Origin: an uncultured Spirochaetota bacterium
GTDB taxonomy: Bacteria; Spirochaetota; Brevinematia; Brevinematales; JAOACQ01
Direction of reading: 5' to 3'
DNA length: 64,000 nucleotides
Assembly: GCA_963783575.1 (NCBI GenBank)
Contig: CAWAOD010000009.1
Coordinates: 512,001 to 576,000 of the forward strand
This document shows, piece after piece, positions 20,008-29,568 of the stretch (positions are counted from its first letter, which is position 1; each line of letters opens with the position of its first letter). Below the pieces are notes generated by a model. The model saw only the letters and a program-made list of their open reading frames with translations, was not told where the DNA came from and did no database searches. The translations under genes were made by a program, and so were the position numbers.

Positions 20008-21140
20008 GTGCTTAATTGCGTAAGTTAACGATAGTATTTCTTAATTGAGAACCTTTCACTTCCCGTTTTCTCCACACAAAAGGTTTTGCGGTTTCAGTGT
20101 ATGCTTTAACAAATGCATCTATTGCTTCTCTCAATTCTTCCGTGTTTTTAAAACTGGCGCCTCTAAGAGCTTTTCGGCTCATAATACCAAACCATATTTC
20201 CACCTGATTTAACCAACTTGCCGAAGTAGGCGTGTAATGAAAAAAAACATTCTTATTCCGGGATAACCATTCATCGTTCTTTTTGTGAATACAATAATTG
20301 TCTAAAATTACATGAATTTCTTTATCTTTTGAAACATCTACCACCACTCTATCCATAAACTCAAGAAATTCAATACGTCTTTTGTATTCAGTAGTTTGGG
20401 TGTGTATTAACCCTGTAGCTACTTCCAGCGCAGCAAATAGGTTCAGCGTTCCATTTCTTTTATATGTACTTTTGTATCCTCTTACAATTTTTCCATTATC
20501 CGTCTCTACATAGCCGGTTGTCCTTTCCAACGCTTGAATACCAGGTTTTTCGTCTACAGATATAACCAATGCATTCATCGGCGGATTTAAATACAACCCA
20601 ATAATATTTGTGGCTTTTGTCGAAAATTCAGGATCAGTGCTGACACACCAACTTCGCTGTCGGGATAAGCAAATTCCTTCTTTTCTTAAAACCCTCCATA
20701 CCGCATGCGTTGATGTGTTTAAATGTTTTGCTAAAGCCGGACCATCCCAAATTGCCTGCCCGATAGGCGGTGTTTTTTCCAGAGTTTCTAAAACTTTGTC
20801 CCTGAAATTCTGCCCATATATTTTTGGCTTTCCTGACCTGGGCAGATCATACAATCCATCAATTCCTTTTTGCTGAAATCTTTTTTTCCAATCAATAACC
20901 GTATTTGGTCTTATGTGAAGGTCAGCCGCAATCTCAGATACATTTTGTCCTTTCAGGCTATTGACAATTATTTTCGCCCTCTCTACAAGTCGCGCTTCCA
21001 TAGTTCGGCTTCTCACCCAACTATCAAGAATAATTTCATCCGCTTTGGTGCATGTTATAACTTGCGTTTTCTTAGACATACAACCTCCTTTTTTATGTCT
21101 AAGATTATAATTAATAACGCTTATTATTGCAATTAAGCAC
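20008..21140 (-). mobile_element. IS630-family element, copy 1 (1133 bp)
   Basis: TIRs GTGCTTAATTGC / GCAATTAAGCAC; inserted at CTAG with TA duplication (20006-20007, 21141-21142). Confidence 0.95.
20012..21079 (-). CDS. IS630 family transposase
   Basis: HTH region, SVDEKPGIQAL, ILDNY, TSASWLNQVEIWF. Confidence 0.95.
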   Translation of the reverse strand: MSKKTQVITCTKADEIILDSWVRSRTMEARLVERAKIIVNSLKGQNVSEIAADLHIRPNTVIDWKKRFQQKGIDGLYDLPRSGKPKIYGQNFRDKVLETLEKTPPIGQAIWDGPALAKHLNTSTHAVWRVLRKEGICLSRQRSWCVSTDPEFSTKATNIIGLYLNPPMNALVISVDEKPGIQALERTTGYVETDNGKIVRGYKSTYKRNGTLNLFAALEVATGLIHTQTTEYKRRIEFLEFMDRVVVDVSKDKEIHVILDNYCIHKKNDEWLSRNKNVFFHYTPTSASWLNQVEIWFGIMSRKALRGASFKNTEELREAIDAFVKAYTETAKPFVWRKREVKGSQLRNTIVNLRN

Positions 21141-22227
21141 TAGTTCTATTACTTCTTCTTCTACAACTAGTAGTTTAAGTTCTTCAATTTCTTCAAGCTC
21201 AGTTTCTTCAGCAAATTCAAGTTCTTCTATATTTGTTATCACAACAAATTATACTCTTTCCTGTTCTACAAATGCAACAACAAATTATTCTTGGTTGAAC
21301 AATTTTTCAACCACTAATAGTTATGTTGTTAGTAATTTTAATATAAGTAATCAGATTATAGCTTCATTCTATCTTACTTTATCCAATATGCTTACTAATT
21401 CTCAATTAGCTCATTTCTGGACAAATAACTATACATCAAATGTAATCACTAATGTACTGACAAATCTTACTGGAACTGGCACAGCACCAATTTGGCAGAC
21501 TGTGTTTTTTGATGATTTTAATAGAGCAGATACAGCTTGGGGAGATATTGGAAATAATTGGTATATTATAACTAATAATTTTCAATATACAAATAATGGG
21601 ATGATGAAAATATCTAATAATGAGGTTTATTCTGAAATTCAAGAAACGGGTGTTAGTTTTTCAACCATGCCTTGTGCTGTTTATAAGCAATCAGTAAATT
21701 TTACTAATAAAATAGTAAAAATTTCAACAAAATTTAAAACAGATTCATCAACTGGAAATTTCTTTTGTATTGCGGCATGGAATAATAACCTTTCAGAAAA
21801 TTTTTCTTGTGGTATTGGTCAAGCTGTAGGTTTAGGGGATATTTATACATCATGCACTTATAATAATGCAACAGGGTTTACTAATATCTCAAGTACCAAT
21901 TATACAATTACATTAAATACTTACTATCTTATTGAGTTCATTATTGATAGTACCAATTTAAATGTCATACACAAAGATTTGCCTAATAGTAATATTTTAT
22001 GTTCTGTATCAACAATAACTTATACTAATATTAATCCTAGTAAAATAGTCATTAGCGGTAATCAAAATCAGCATAAATTATTTTTTGATGATCTAAAAAT
22101 TGAAAAGTTTGAATAAATTACAATAATTGATTTAAATATTTGTTTGATTTAGACTAAATGAAATATTTTAATTAACGATTCAAACGGCATCCGTGGCGTT
22201 TTTGTACTGACGATTGCTATTCTATTC

Positions 22228-22481
22228 GCACAACGAGACTATAGAAAAAGTGGATTTTTGAGAAATATCTGAAATATGCTGCGGTGTTCGACCTGCGTTG
22301 CGGCTCCGGTCTGCGCTCCTCGAGTTCGCCCGACAGGCCTTATTATTTTGGAGGAAGAACTATGATATACAATAGCTTTAAGGTACGAAACAAGATTATG
22401 TTCGGGCTCACCATGTTTGCAAGCCTAAGCGCACGGTGCTAGCGCTAAGGCTGCAAACACCGTATAGATATACAGTTGTAC
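22228..22481 (+). repeat. attC-like intercassette element
   Basis: Starts GCACAAC and ends GTTGTAC; internal hairpin TGTTTGCAAGCCTAAGCGC...GCGCTAAGGCTGCAAACA. Confidence 0.5.
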
Positions 22482-22555
22482 GAAATATTGCGGATCGAAA
22501 CTGGCGGTTAAATCTGCCCACCGTCCGTGGTGGGCTAAAGATATGGAGTAAATGT

Positions 22556-23071
22556 ATGGCAAACTCAAGGGATGATTTTGATAAAACAGTATTAGAAGCT
22601 TTAGCTAAAAGATCGTCTTATGTGTGCTCCAATCCTTATTGTAGAGCCCAATAGCACCATCTGGAATTGATACTTCAAAATATATTTATGTTGGTGTTGC
22701 TTCTCATATTTCGGCAGCAGCATCAGGTGGCCCCAGGATATAATCCATCACTTAGCCCAGAACAGCGTAGTTCAATTGAAAATGCCATATTTCTTTGCTC
22801 TACTTGCAGTAATATGATTGATAAAAATAATGGTCTTGATTTTCCAATTGAAGTTTTAAAAAAGTGGAAAAATGATCATGAAATCTGGGTAAGATCACAA
22901 TTAAACAAATCAGTATCTGCAAAGTTACATATCGTAAATGGAGAGCATAATGCAAGTGGCATTGGAACAATTACTGGCTTGGAAATTAAAAGTCCAACTA
23001 TCATAAAACCGGGCACTAAAGTTACAGCAGAAGGTATTGGTAATATAACAGGAACAAAAATTGGAGGATAA
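22556..23071 (+). CDS. HNH endonuclease-like protein with two frameshifts (near 22650 and 22735)
   Basis: Reconstructs as MANSRDDF...LAKRSSYVCSNPYC...GVASHISAAASGGPRY...NAIFLCSTCSNMID; GGAG RBS. Confidence 0.75.
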
Positions 23072-23073
23072 TT

Positions 23074-23301
23074 ATGGAAGTTACAAGTTATTTTGGTTAT
23101 ATTTGCCCTAATTGTAAATCAACTATTGATATTGGTGCAATTGTAGGAAGCAGTAAAATACTATGCCCTACTTGTAAAACAGAAATGGTGCCAAATAAAA
23201 ATGGTAGATCAGTTGGGACAAATGTTCATTGTAAAAATTGTAATAGTAGTTTTGGGTTAATAAACTCAGATAAATGCCCAAATTGCGGAACACCATTTTA
23301 A
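23074..23301 (+). CDS. Small multi-Zn-ribbon protein
   Basis: Four CxxC motifs (CPNC, CPTC, CKNC, CPNC); GGAGG RBS. Confidence 0.75.
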   Translation: MEVTSYFGYICPNCKSTIDIGAIVGSSKILCPTCKTEMVPNKNGRSVGTNVHCKNCNSSFGLINSDKCPNCGTPF

Positions 23302-23649
23302 ATAAGTAATGTTGAAGTAAAAGACTCAACCCCCGTGGCTACAGTTTTTTAGTAATACATTCGACCCGGAATACTTGCACAACAGCTATGTAGAAAAAGT
23401 CTAATTACGAAAGCAGTTTTCCTCTCCATCCGTTCCAAAAATATTTTATTAGCCGGATAGCATTGAATTTCTTTAAAACAGGACTCAAATCCAGCAATTG
23501 TAATTGTCCCGTAGCGGTTTCCCAGTTAGCTTAGGATAAAGGAATAAACCATGCTGAAAATGTTAAGCACATTATCCACTTTTATAAAAATAGAATCGTG
23601 AATATGGCAGCACAGGATGTGCGTCAGCAGTGAATCAAAACAGGCGATG

Positions 23650-23777
23650 CACTGAGCCTGTCGAAGTGATGTTTTATTGAGTTGCTTTTTAATAAAAAAT
23701 ATGTTTCATGAAAATTGGATGCTCCATTACATAAAATATATCTACGCTATGGAAACCATGCTCGGCAAGCTCAGCAT
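23650..23777. repeat. REP-like palindromes (CTTCGnCAnGCTCAG family)
   Basis: CACTGAGCCTGTCGAAGTG (23650-23668) and ATGCTCGGCAAGCTCAGCAT (23758-23777); relatives at 18434/19422, 29524 and 53378-53452. Confidence 0.6.
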
Positions 23778-23795
23778 AAACTCCGGGCGCACGGA

Positions 23796-25647
23796 TGATT
23801 TTGCTGAAAAATAATGTAAAAAAACAACCGTCTTTTCCAAATTTTAAATATTTTTTAATTTTTACCTAAGACACAGATCAATTTTGCCTTACGTCATTAT
23901 TTACCTCTTTTTTCCCGGATTCTTTGAGCATTATACCCTCTATGTTACTCTATTAAGCCAATATTCCTTCAGATATTGGCAACTTTTGTTGTAATGACAA
24001 TATTTTCTTAATATATCTTTTGAAGTTCACCGCTGCCCCTGTCATTAAATACTGGAATTGTCTGCCTTCTGTTCCTTTATATTTTATTTTCCTGAGTCCA
24101 TGAAATCTTACCGATTCGCTGATTGTGCCTTCTACCTGCGCCCTTACACTCATTTCGCTTTTAAATTTAGCGGTTTTTTGTTCTTCCCTCCGTTTTCTCA
24201 AATGATCGTAATCCATCCCGACTCTTATTATGCGCATCTTTTCCCTTCCGGCTACACAATCTTTGAAGAAGGCGCAGGCCATACATTCATTCTTTGGAAA
24301 TATTATACAATAAGCATTATCACCATTTTTTTTATGTCTTTCACTTCTAACGCCCTTCGGACAGGTAGCTGTCAGGTTTTTCATATCAATCTTGAAATTT
24401 TCTAATTTAAAATTCTTTGGCTTTAATGAAGTGTCTTTCTGTACATAACCCATCAGATTTTCTCCACGTTCTTCGAATTCCCTTATTGCCGTTCCGCTTA
24501 AATAATTTGTATCTGCATATGTCTTATCAGGCTTCAAGCCCCTTTCATCATTCATCTCTTTGAGCTTAGGAAGAATTTTATTATCATTCTCATTCGCAGG
24601 CTGTTGTATCATACCGACTATAAAATTGATTTCCCCTTTCTCCGCGGTTTCAACAACATGGCACTTTTCTCCTACCCAACTTGTTTTACCCTTTTTGCCC
24701 AGTTTCAATGTCGGATCGTCAGGCGTGAAAATCGTTTGCTTCGGGGTTACTATTTCTTCCACTTCAATGAATTCTTTATTCCCCACTTCCTTTGTCCGGA
24801 TGATCACATTCTCAGAAAAAATAGTTTCCATAATCTCTAATTGCCTCAATTCTTTAAGGCTTTCTGCCGGATTATCCATAATGCCCCTCTTAATCCTGAA
24901 ACCGTCTTCAACAATCTCTGCCTGCCTGTCTCCCCGTTTTTCTTTTGATAATCCGAAGGAACTGAAATCTTTACTGTAACGTTCCTGTATATCATCCGGA
25001 ATCATCTTGTTATAATATTCAGGGTCAATTTTTCCTATCTCTATAACAACCCATTTTACTGCCCGAAACAGAAGATCAGTAGTGGATATTCTGTTTAAAT
25101 GCTTTACAACATGAGTCGCATCAATCCTTTGCTTGGCATGGTCTCTAATGAAACCCTTTTTCTTGATTTGATTTAATAGAGTGTCAAATATGATGCACAT
25201 TTTATCGTTTTCTATAAGTCTTTTCCTGAATACGCAAAGTGTGCTGGCTTCAAAGATATCCTTAGCGGCAACTTCAAGATGCAGGCCAATTTTCCAGTCA
25301 AGTCTTGTGTTAACGGCTTTTACCGTTTCATCGTCGGACAGTGATTCTTTCCATTGAAGTAATGTTACCATAGCAAGGAATGAAGGTGATCTGCAATTTC
25401 TTCCAACGTCTGAATAACAATCTTTAAAAGGCTCGTTATTAAATATTGGGAAAAGCTCTTTACTGAACACTTGCATTGGATCGGAAGGCTTCAGGAAATC
25501 TTTCATCACTATATGTGCCGAATAGAGACTTTCTTCTTTTTCTTTTGGTAAAGACATATAAGTCCTCATTTGTAAATTATTATTAATATTATAACACGTA
25601 TCTATATAAATAGCGATGATTGCCCTCTACATTTTTCAGCAAAATCA
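23796..25647 (-). mobile_element. IS1182-family element (1852 bp)
   Basis: Perfect 17-bp TIRs TGATTTTGCTGAAAAAT / ATTTTTCAGCAAAATCA; flanked by CGGA / AGGA. Confidence 0.85.
23953..25569 (-). CDS. IS1182-family transposase
   Basis: LLQWKESLSD, QRIDATHV, GEKCHVVET, YADTNY, TCPKG, CMACAFFKDC, RAQVEGTISE. Confidence 0.88.
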   Translation of the reverse strand: MRTYMSLPKEKEESLYSAHIVMKDFLKPSDPMQVFSKELFPIFNNEPFKDCYSDVGRNCRSPSFLAMVTLLQWKESLSDDETVKAVNTRLDWKIGLHLEVAAKDIFEASTLCVFRKRLIENDKMCIIFDTLLNQIKKKGFIRDHAKQRIDATHVVKHLNRISTTDLLFRAVKWVVIEIGKIDPEYYNKMIPDDIQERYSKDFSSFGLSKEKRGDRQAEIVEDGFRIKRGIMDNPAESLKELRQLEIMETIFSENVIIRTKEVGNKEFIEVEEIVTPKQTIFTPDDPTLKLGKKGKTSWVGEKCHVVETAEKGEINFIVGMIQQPANENDNKILPKLKEMNDERGLKPDKTYADTNYLSGTAIREFEERGENLMGYVQKDTSLKPKNFKLENFKIDMKNLTATCPKGVRSERHKKNGDNAYCIIFPKNECMACAFFKDCVAGREKMRIIRVGMDYDHLRKRREEQKTAKFKSEMSVRAQVEGTISESVRFHGLRKIKYKGTEGRQFQYLMTGAAVNFKRYIKKILSLQQKLPISEGILA

Positions 25648-25651
25648 AGGA

Positions 25652-25802
25652 TGGGTTCACTGAAAAATGAGTTAAATTTTGAAAACTATAATCAACCTTT
25701 TCTAATTGCATTTATAATTCATTGTTATAAAATAGGATATGATACCAATAAAATACTGTTTATTAAACATTTTAAGATTTATGCTGATTTTCAGTGAACC
25801 CA
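25652..25802. mobile_element. 151-bp MITE-like element
   Basis: Perfect 15-bp TIRs TGGGTTCACTGAAAA / TTTTCAGTGAACCCA, flanked on both sides by AGGA. Confidence 0.8.
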
Positions 25803-25971
25803 AGGATGCGCCATTATATCCACTCTTCAATATATAAGCCAGTGGCGAACGCCAGTTCGCCAAATAACACGATGTTATATGTGGCTTTACGGCAAAGTGC
25901 TTCCCCCTTGACAATTGAATTTTTGATAATTATCATGAAGAAAGTTTAATATTGATAGTCAGGAGGGTAAA

Positions 25972-26793
25972 ATGAACCGGCAGAAATCGGAAAAAACAAT
26001 ACTAATAACAGGCTCATCTTCGGGGATCGGTAAGGAAACGGCACTGTACTTTTCCGAAAAAGGGTGGAATGTTATCGCAACAATGCGCAATCCTTCAGGA
26101 AGAAAGCCTGATTTTCCGTCAGAAAATATAGAATTGCTTCCGCTGGATGTTACCGATATATCATCAATTAGAAACGCTATAAAATTTACGGTTGAGAAAT
26201 ACGGAAGAATCGATGCGCTGGTTAATAATGCCGGATATGCCGTAGAAGGCATATTTGAAGCATCAACTTCAGGTGAAGCCGAAAAACAGTTTAAAACAAA
26301 TGTTCTTGGGCTTATGGATGCCGTCCGTGAAATAATCCCAGTATACAGGGAACAGAAAAGCGGTTTAATTATTAACGTGGCTTCAATCGGCGGGCGTATA
26401 GGTTTTCCATTTTACAGCATTTACAACAGCTCGAAATGGGCGGTGGAGGGATTTTCAGACGCTCTTCATTATGAATTGGAGCCTTTAAATATAAAAGTTA
26501 AAATAATTGAGCCTGGATTGATACTAACTGATTTTTATAATCGCTCCATGGTCAGGGCTGAAAAACTGCAACCCTATAATATCATTTTAGAAAGGGCGAA
26601 TAAAAAAAGCAATGATATGATGAAAACAGGTTCACATCCCAGGGTTATTGCAAAATTAATTTATAAAGCCGCAATGGATAAAAGCAATAAGTTACGTTAT
26701 TCGGGCGGATCGGGAGCTAAAATCATTCTCCTGTTAAGAAAGATTTTGCCAGATTCCCTTTTTTTCCCGATTCTCAAATCAGTTATTATATAA
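25972..26793 (+). CDS. Short-chain dehydrogenase/reductase
   Basis: TGSSSGIG, VNNAGY, YNSSK, IEPG. Confidence 0.95.
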   Translation: MNRQKSEKTILITGSSSGIGKETALYFSEKGWNVIATMRNPSGRKPDFPSENIELLPLDVTDISSIRNAIKFTVEKYGRIDALVNNAGYAVEGIFEASTSGEAEKQFKTNVLGLMDAVREIIPVYREQKSGLIINVASIGGRIGFPFYSIYNSSKWAVEGFSDALHYELEPLNIKVKIIEPGLILTDFYNRSMVRAEKLQPYNIILERANKKSNDMMKTGSHPRVIAKLIYKAAMDKSNKLRYSGGSGAKIILLLRKILPDSLFFPILKSVII

Positions 26794-26816
26794 CAACCGC
26801 CGGATATAAATTGAAT

Positions 26817-27149
26817 CTATTCCCTGAACATTGAGAGAAGCATTTTAAAACGCTTTTCAGCTTTGACGGCATGTGGTATTTCTGCAGGAATCATGAGCAT
26901 CTCACCCTCTTTGACTTCGATGCTTTTTCCCCCGATTGTAATTTTAGCCTGTCCCTCGGCAATCAGCGCAAAAGCATCGAATGGGGCAGTATGTTCGCTT
27001 AAATTCTGACCTTCATCAAAGGAAAAGAGTGTGATGGTTCCCGATTTATTTTCGTAAATTGTCCTGCTTACGATAGACTCAATCGAGTATTCAATTGAAT
27101 TCTTTAAATCAAAAGGCAATTTTTCAGATTTTAAATTTTCTTTATCCAT
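26817..27149 (-). CDS. Cupin domain protein
   Basis: TLFSFDEGQNLSEHTAPFDA, IPAEIPHAVKA. Confidence 0.9.
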   Translation of the reverse strand: MDKENLKSEKLPFDLKNSIEYSIESIVSRTIYENKSGTITLFSFDEGQNLSEHTAPFDAFALIAEGQAKITIGGKSIEVKEGEMLMIPAEIPHAVKAEKRFKMLLSMFRE

Positions 27150-27182
27150 ATACAATTCCTTAAGCATTTTTGAACTCAGCAG

Positions 27183-28247
27183 TTATTTTATTTCAAAACA
27201 CTTACCTTTTTCTTTTTTACTGCATTGTCCCGTTACCTGCCCGCAACGATAGCAGATTTCATTTTTCAATTCTTTATTGTCAAAAAAATCTTTTATGTTC
27301 TGAAGAGTTGTGCTTGCGATATTTGTCAGGGCTTCCTTTGTAAAGAAAGCCTGATGCGAGGTTATAAGCACATTATTGAATGTGAGAAGCCTCGCCAGAA
27401 TATCATCATTGATGTTCTGGCTTGAAAAATCCTCAAAGAAATACTCACTTTCCTCTTCATATACATCTAGCCCGGCATATCCTATTTTCCCGCTCTTCAG
27501 CCCGGCGATAAGCGCTTTTGTATCAATCAATTTACCTCGGCTTGTATTGATAAGCATTACCCCGTCTTTCATTGCGCCGATGCTTTCCTTATTTATTAAA
27601 TATTGAGTTTCCGGTGTCAATGGGCAGTGCAGCGAAATTATATCGGAATTTTTATAAAGAGTCCCAAGATCAGTATATTCAAAACCGGTTTTTTCAGCAA
27701 GTTCTTTATTTGGAAATGCATCATTAGCCAGTACTTTCATGCCAAAGCCTTTTAAAATATTGATTAAAACTTTCCCGATCTGCCCTGTACCTATAATACC
27801 GGCTGTTTTACCGTACATATCAAAACCGAGAAGGCCTGTAATTGTAAAATTATTATCCTGTGTCCTATAATAAGCTTTATGAGTACGGCGGTTAAGAGTT
27901 AGCATCATCGCCACGGCATGCTCGGCTACCGCGTAAGGGGAATATGCCGGAACCCTTACTACGTGTATGTTTTCATATGCCGATTTGAGGTCAATATTAT
28001 TGTATCCGGCGCTTCTTAGGGCAATAAGCTTGATTCCATAATCTTTAAGCGTTTTAATAACTTCAGCAGTGGCAATATCATTCACAAAAAGGCAGACAGT
28101 ATCAAAACCCTTTGCAAGAGTTATTGTGTCCACTGTTAAATGACCGTTGAAAAACTTCAGTTCATATCCGAATTTCTTATTTGCTTTTTCAAAAAAAATA
28201 ATGTCGTAAGGCTTAGCATCATAAAAAGCTATTCTTTTTGTACTCAT
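27183..28247 (-). CDS. ldhA: D-lactate / 2-hydroxyacid dehydrogenase
   Basis: LRSAGYNN, VPAYSPYAVAEH, GTGQIG, INTSRG, LDVYEEE, SHQAFFT; AGGAG before ATG 28247. Confidence 0.88.
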   Translation of the reverse strand: MSTKRIAFYDAKPYDIIFFEKANKKFGYELKFFNGHLTVDTITLAKGFDTVCLFVNDIATAEVIKTLKDYGIKLIALRSAGYNNIDLKSAYENIHVVRVPAYSPYAVAEHAVAMMLTLNRRTHKAYYRTQDNNFTITGLLGFDMYGKTAGIIGTGQIGKVLINILKGFGMKVLANDAFPNKELAEKTGFEYTDLGTLYKNSDIISLHCPLTPETQYLINKESIGAMKDGVMLINTSRGKLIDTKALIAGLKSGKIGYAGLDVYEEESEYFFEDFSSQNINDDILARLLTFNNVLITSHQAFFTKEALTNIASTTLQNIKDFFDNKELKNEICYRCGQVTGQCSKKEKGKCFEIK

Positions 28248-28281
28248 AAGATTTCTCCTAAAAAATTTAAATTTATGATTA

Positions 28282-28673
28282 TCAATCAAGCAGTCTTTTC
28301 TCTCCCTTAATATTCATAATCCCGGTTATATCCCGTTTGTTTCCAGCGTCCCAAGATATGCTCCGTTTGAATCCCTGACAGGGAAATACTCTATTAGAAT
28401 TGTTTTTCCGCCCAGATTTATCCAGAAAGAAGCTTCATTCCTGATGCCGCCGCGAAAATCATCAAGGATTTTCTGTACAATGTGCATGCTTTTCGGAGGA
28501 TGGCATTTCTGGACCTGCCTGCCAAGATCCATCTTTGTCCTTGGGAATATTCTCCCTTTTGCCGGTGTATTAAAAAACTTAACCCTGTCTTCGGCGTCAA
28601 CAAAAGACACATCAACGGGAAGGCTATCCATCACGGATTCAATTGTTTCAAACGATAAGTCTCTTAAATTCAT
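28282..28673 (-). CDS. PAS domain protein (DUF438 partner), frameshifted near 28335
   Basis: LPVDVSFVD, CHPPKS, YFPVRD; alternative frame ends DITGIMNIKGEKRLLD-stop. Confidence 0.8.
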
Positions 28674-28713
28674 AATAAAGCTCCTTATAATAATAAAAAT
28701 TGATTTTACAGCG

Positions 28714-29499
28714 CTATTTTAAATCAAAATAACCGAGATTGTCGCATTCTTCCTTGATTTCCTTCCATTCCTCGTCCGGAATAACTTTGAGAGCCGTTAC
28801 ATAAAGAATATGCTCTTCTTTCTGGGTATGTACGGAAAACTTTTCGAGAAGGCGCGTTACTGTATTTTCTAACACACGTAAAAGCTCGGAATACGTCATT
28901 CCGTTATTCTTATCCAATAATCTAAGTATCTCTTTTTTTTGCTCCTTCATTTCCGTATGCTCTGCCCACATAATCGCCGGAGGCTGTTCAATTCCATGTT
29001 TTTCAAGAACAGGAAAGAGCGTGTTTTCCTGCCTGACATTATGATTTTCGGCTTCCATCAATCTCTGCGCAAATTTTCGAATAATAATCAGTTCCTCTTC
29101 AGCTTCATTATAACCCGCCTTCTGTTTTGCCCTTATTACAGCAAATCTCAATTCCTCCATTATCTTCAGGATAAACCTGTGCTCTTCCTGGAATCGATGA
29201 ATCGGATGCCAATCCGGAACTTTTAAATTAGGATTTTCAATAGCATCTTTGAAAAGAAGAAGGTGAATATCGCATGCGTTCATAAGGTCATCCTGGCTGT
29301 ATCCTTCCTTAACAAGCTCGTTTTCTGCCATTGCTATTACAAGGGGGTTGGCCACGGCTATAATATCCTTGAATTCGGTTTTAATTTTATCCAGGTTTTC
29401 CATGCATGCTTTTCCGCTTAATTTTTTCATTAGCTCTTTAACCTGATTCTTTGTCTCTTCAAATGTCAATTTCTTCTCATCTCTAAGTATCTGCTCCAT
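28714..29499 (-). CDS. DUF438 / hemerythrin-like domain protein
   Basis: CDIH, HPIHRFQEEH, HNVRQENTLFP, PPAIMWAEH, HTQKEEHILY. Confidence 0.85.
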   Translation of the reverse strand: MEQILRDEKKLTFEETKNQVKELMKKLSGKACMENLDKIKTEFKDIIAVANPLVIAMAENELVKEGYSQDDLMNACDIHLLLFKDAIENPNLKVPDWHPIHRFQEEHRFILKIMEELRFAVIRAKQKAGYNEAEEELIIIRKFAQRLMEAENHNVRQENTLFPVLEKHGIEQPPAIMWAEHTEMKEQKKEILRLLDKNNGMTYSELLRVLENTVTRLLEKFSVHTQKEEHILYVTALKVIPDEEWKEIKEECDNLGYFDLK

Positions 29500-29523
29500 G
29501 TTTCCCTCCTTCAACAAGAGTTC

Positions 29524-29542
29524 CCCTTCGCCAGGCTCAGGG
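29524..29542. repeat. REP-like palindrome
   Basis: CCCTTCGCCAGGCTCAGGG in the tetR-DUF438 intergenic region. Confidence 0.55.
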
Positions 29543-29568
29543 ACCACAGGCCTATAAAAGTATATTCC

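Larger units (their letters stand above)
19881..22116 (+). pseudogene. Ser/Thr-rich lipoprotein with a probable lectin-like beta-sandwich domain, interrupted by IS630
   Basis: AAGGAGG RBS; MKKIVSW...FVFYSC lipobox; removing the IS and one TA rejoins codon 42 in frame with ORF 21127..22116 (366 aa); FFDDFNRAD...FFDDLKIEK. Confidence 0.85.

Noticed and set aside
22436..22654. 72-aa ORF from the track
   Set aside because: Its first half is the attC-like repeat; only the part from ATG 22556 belongs to the HNH gene
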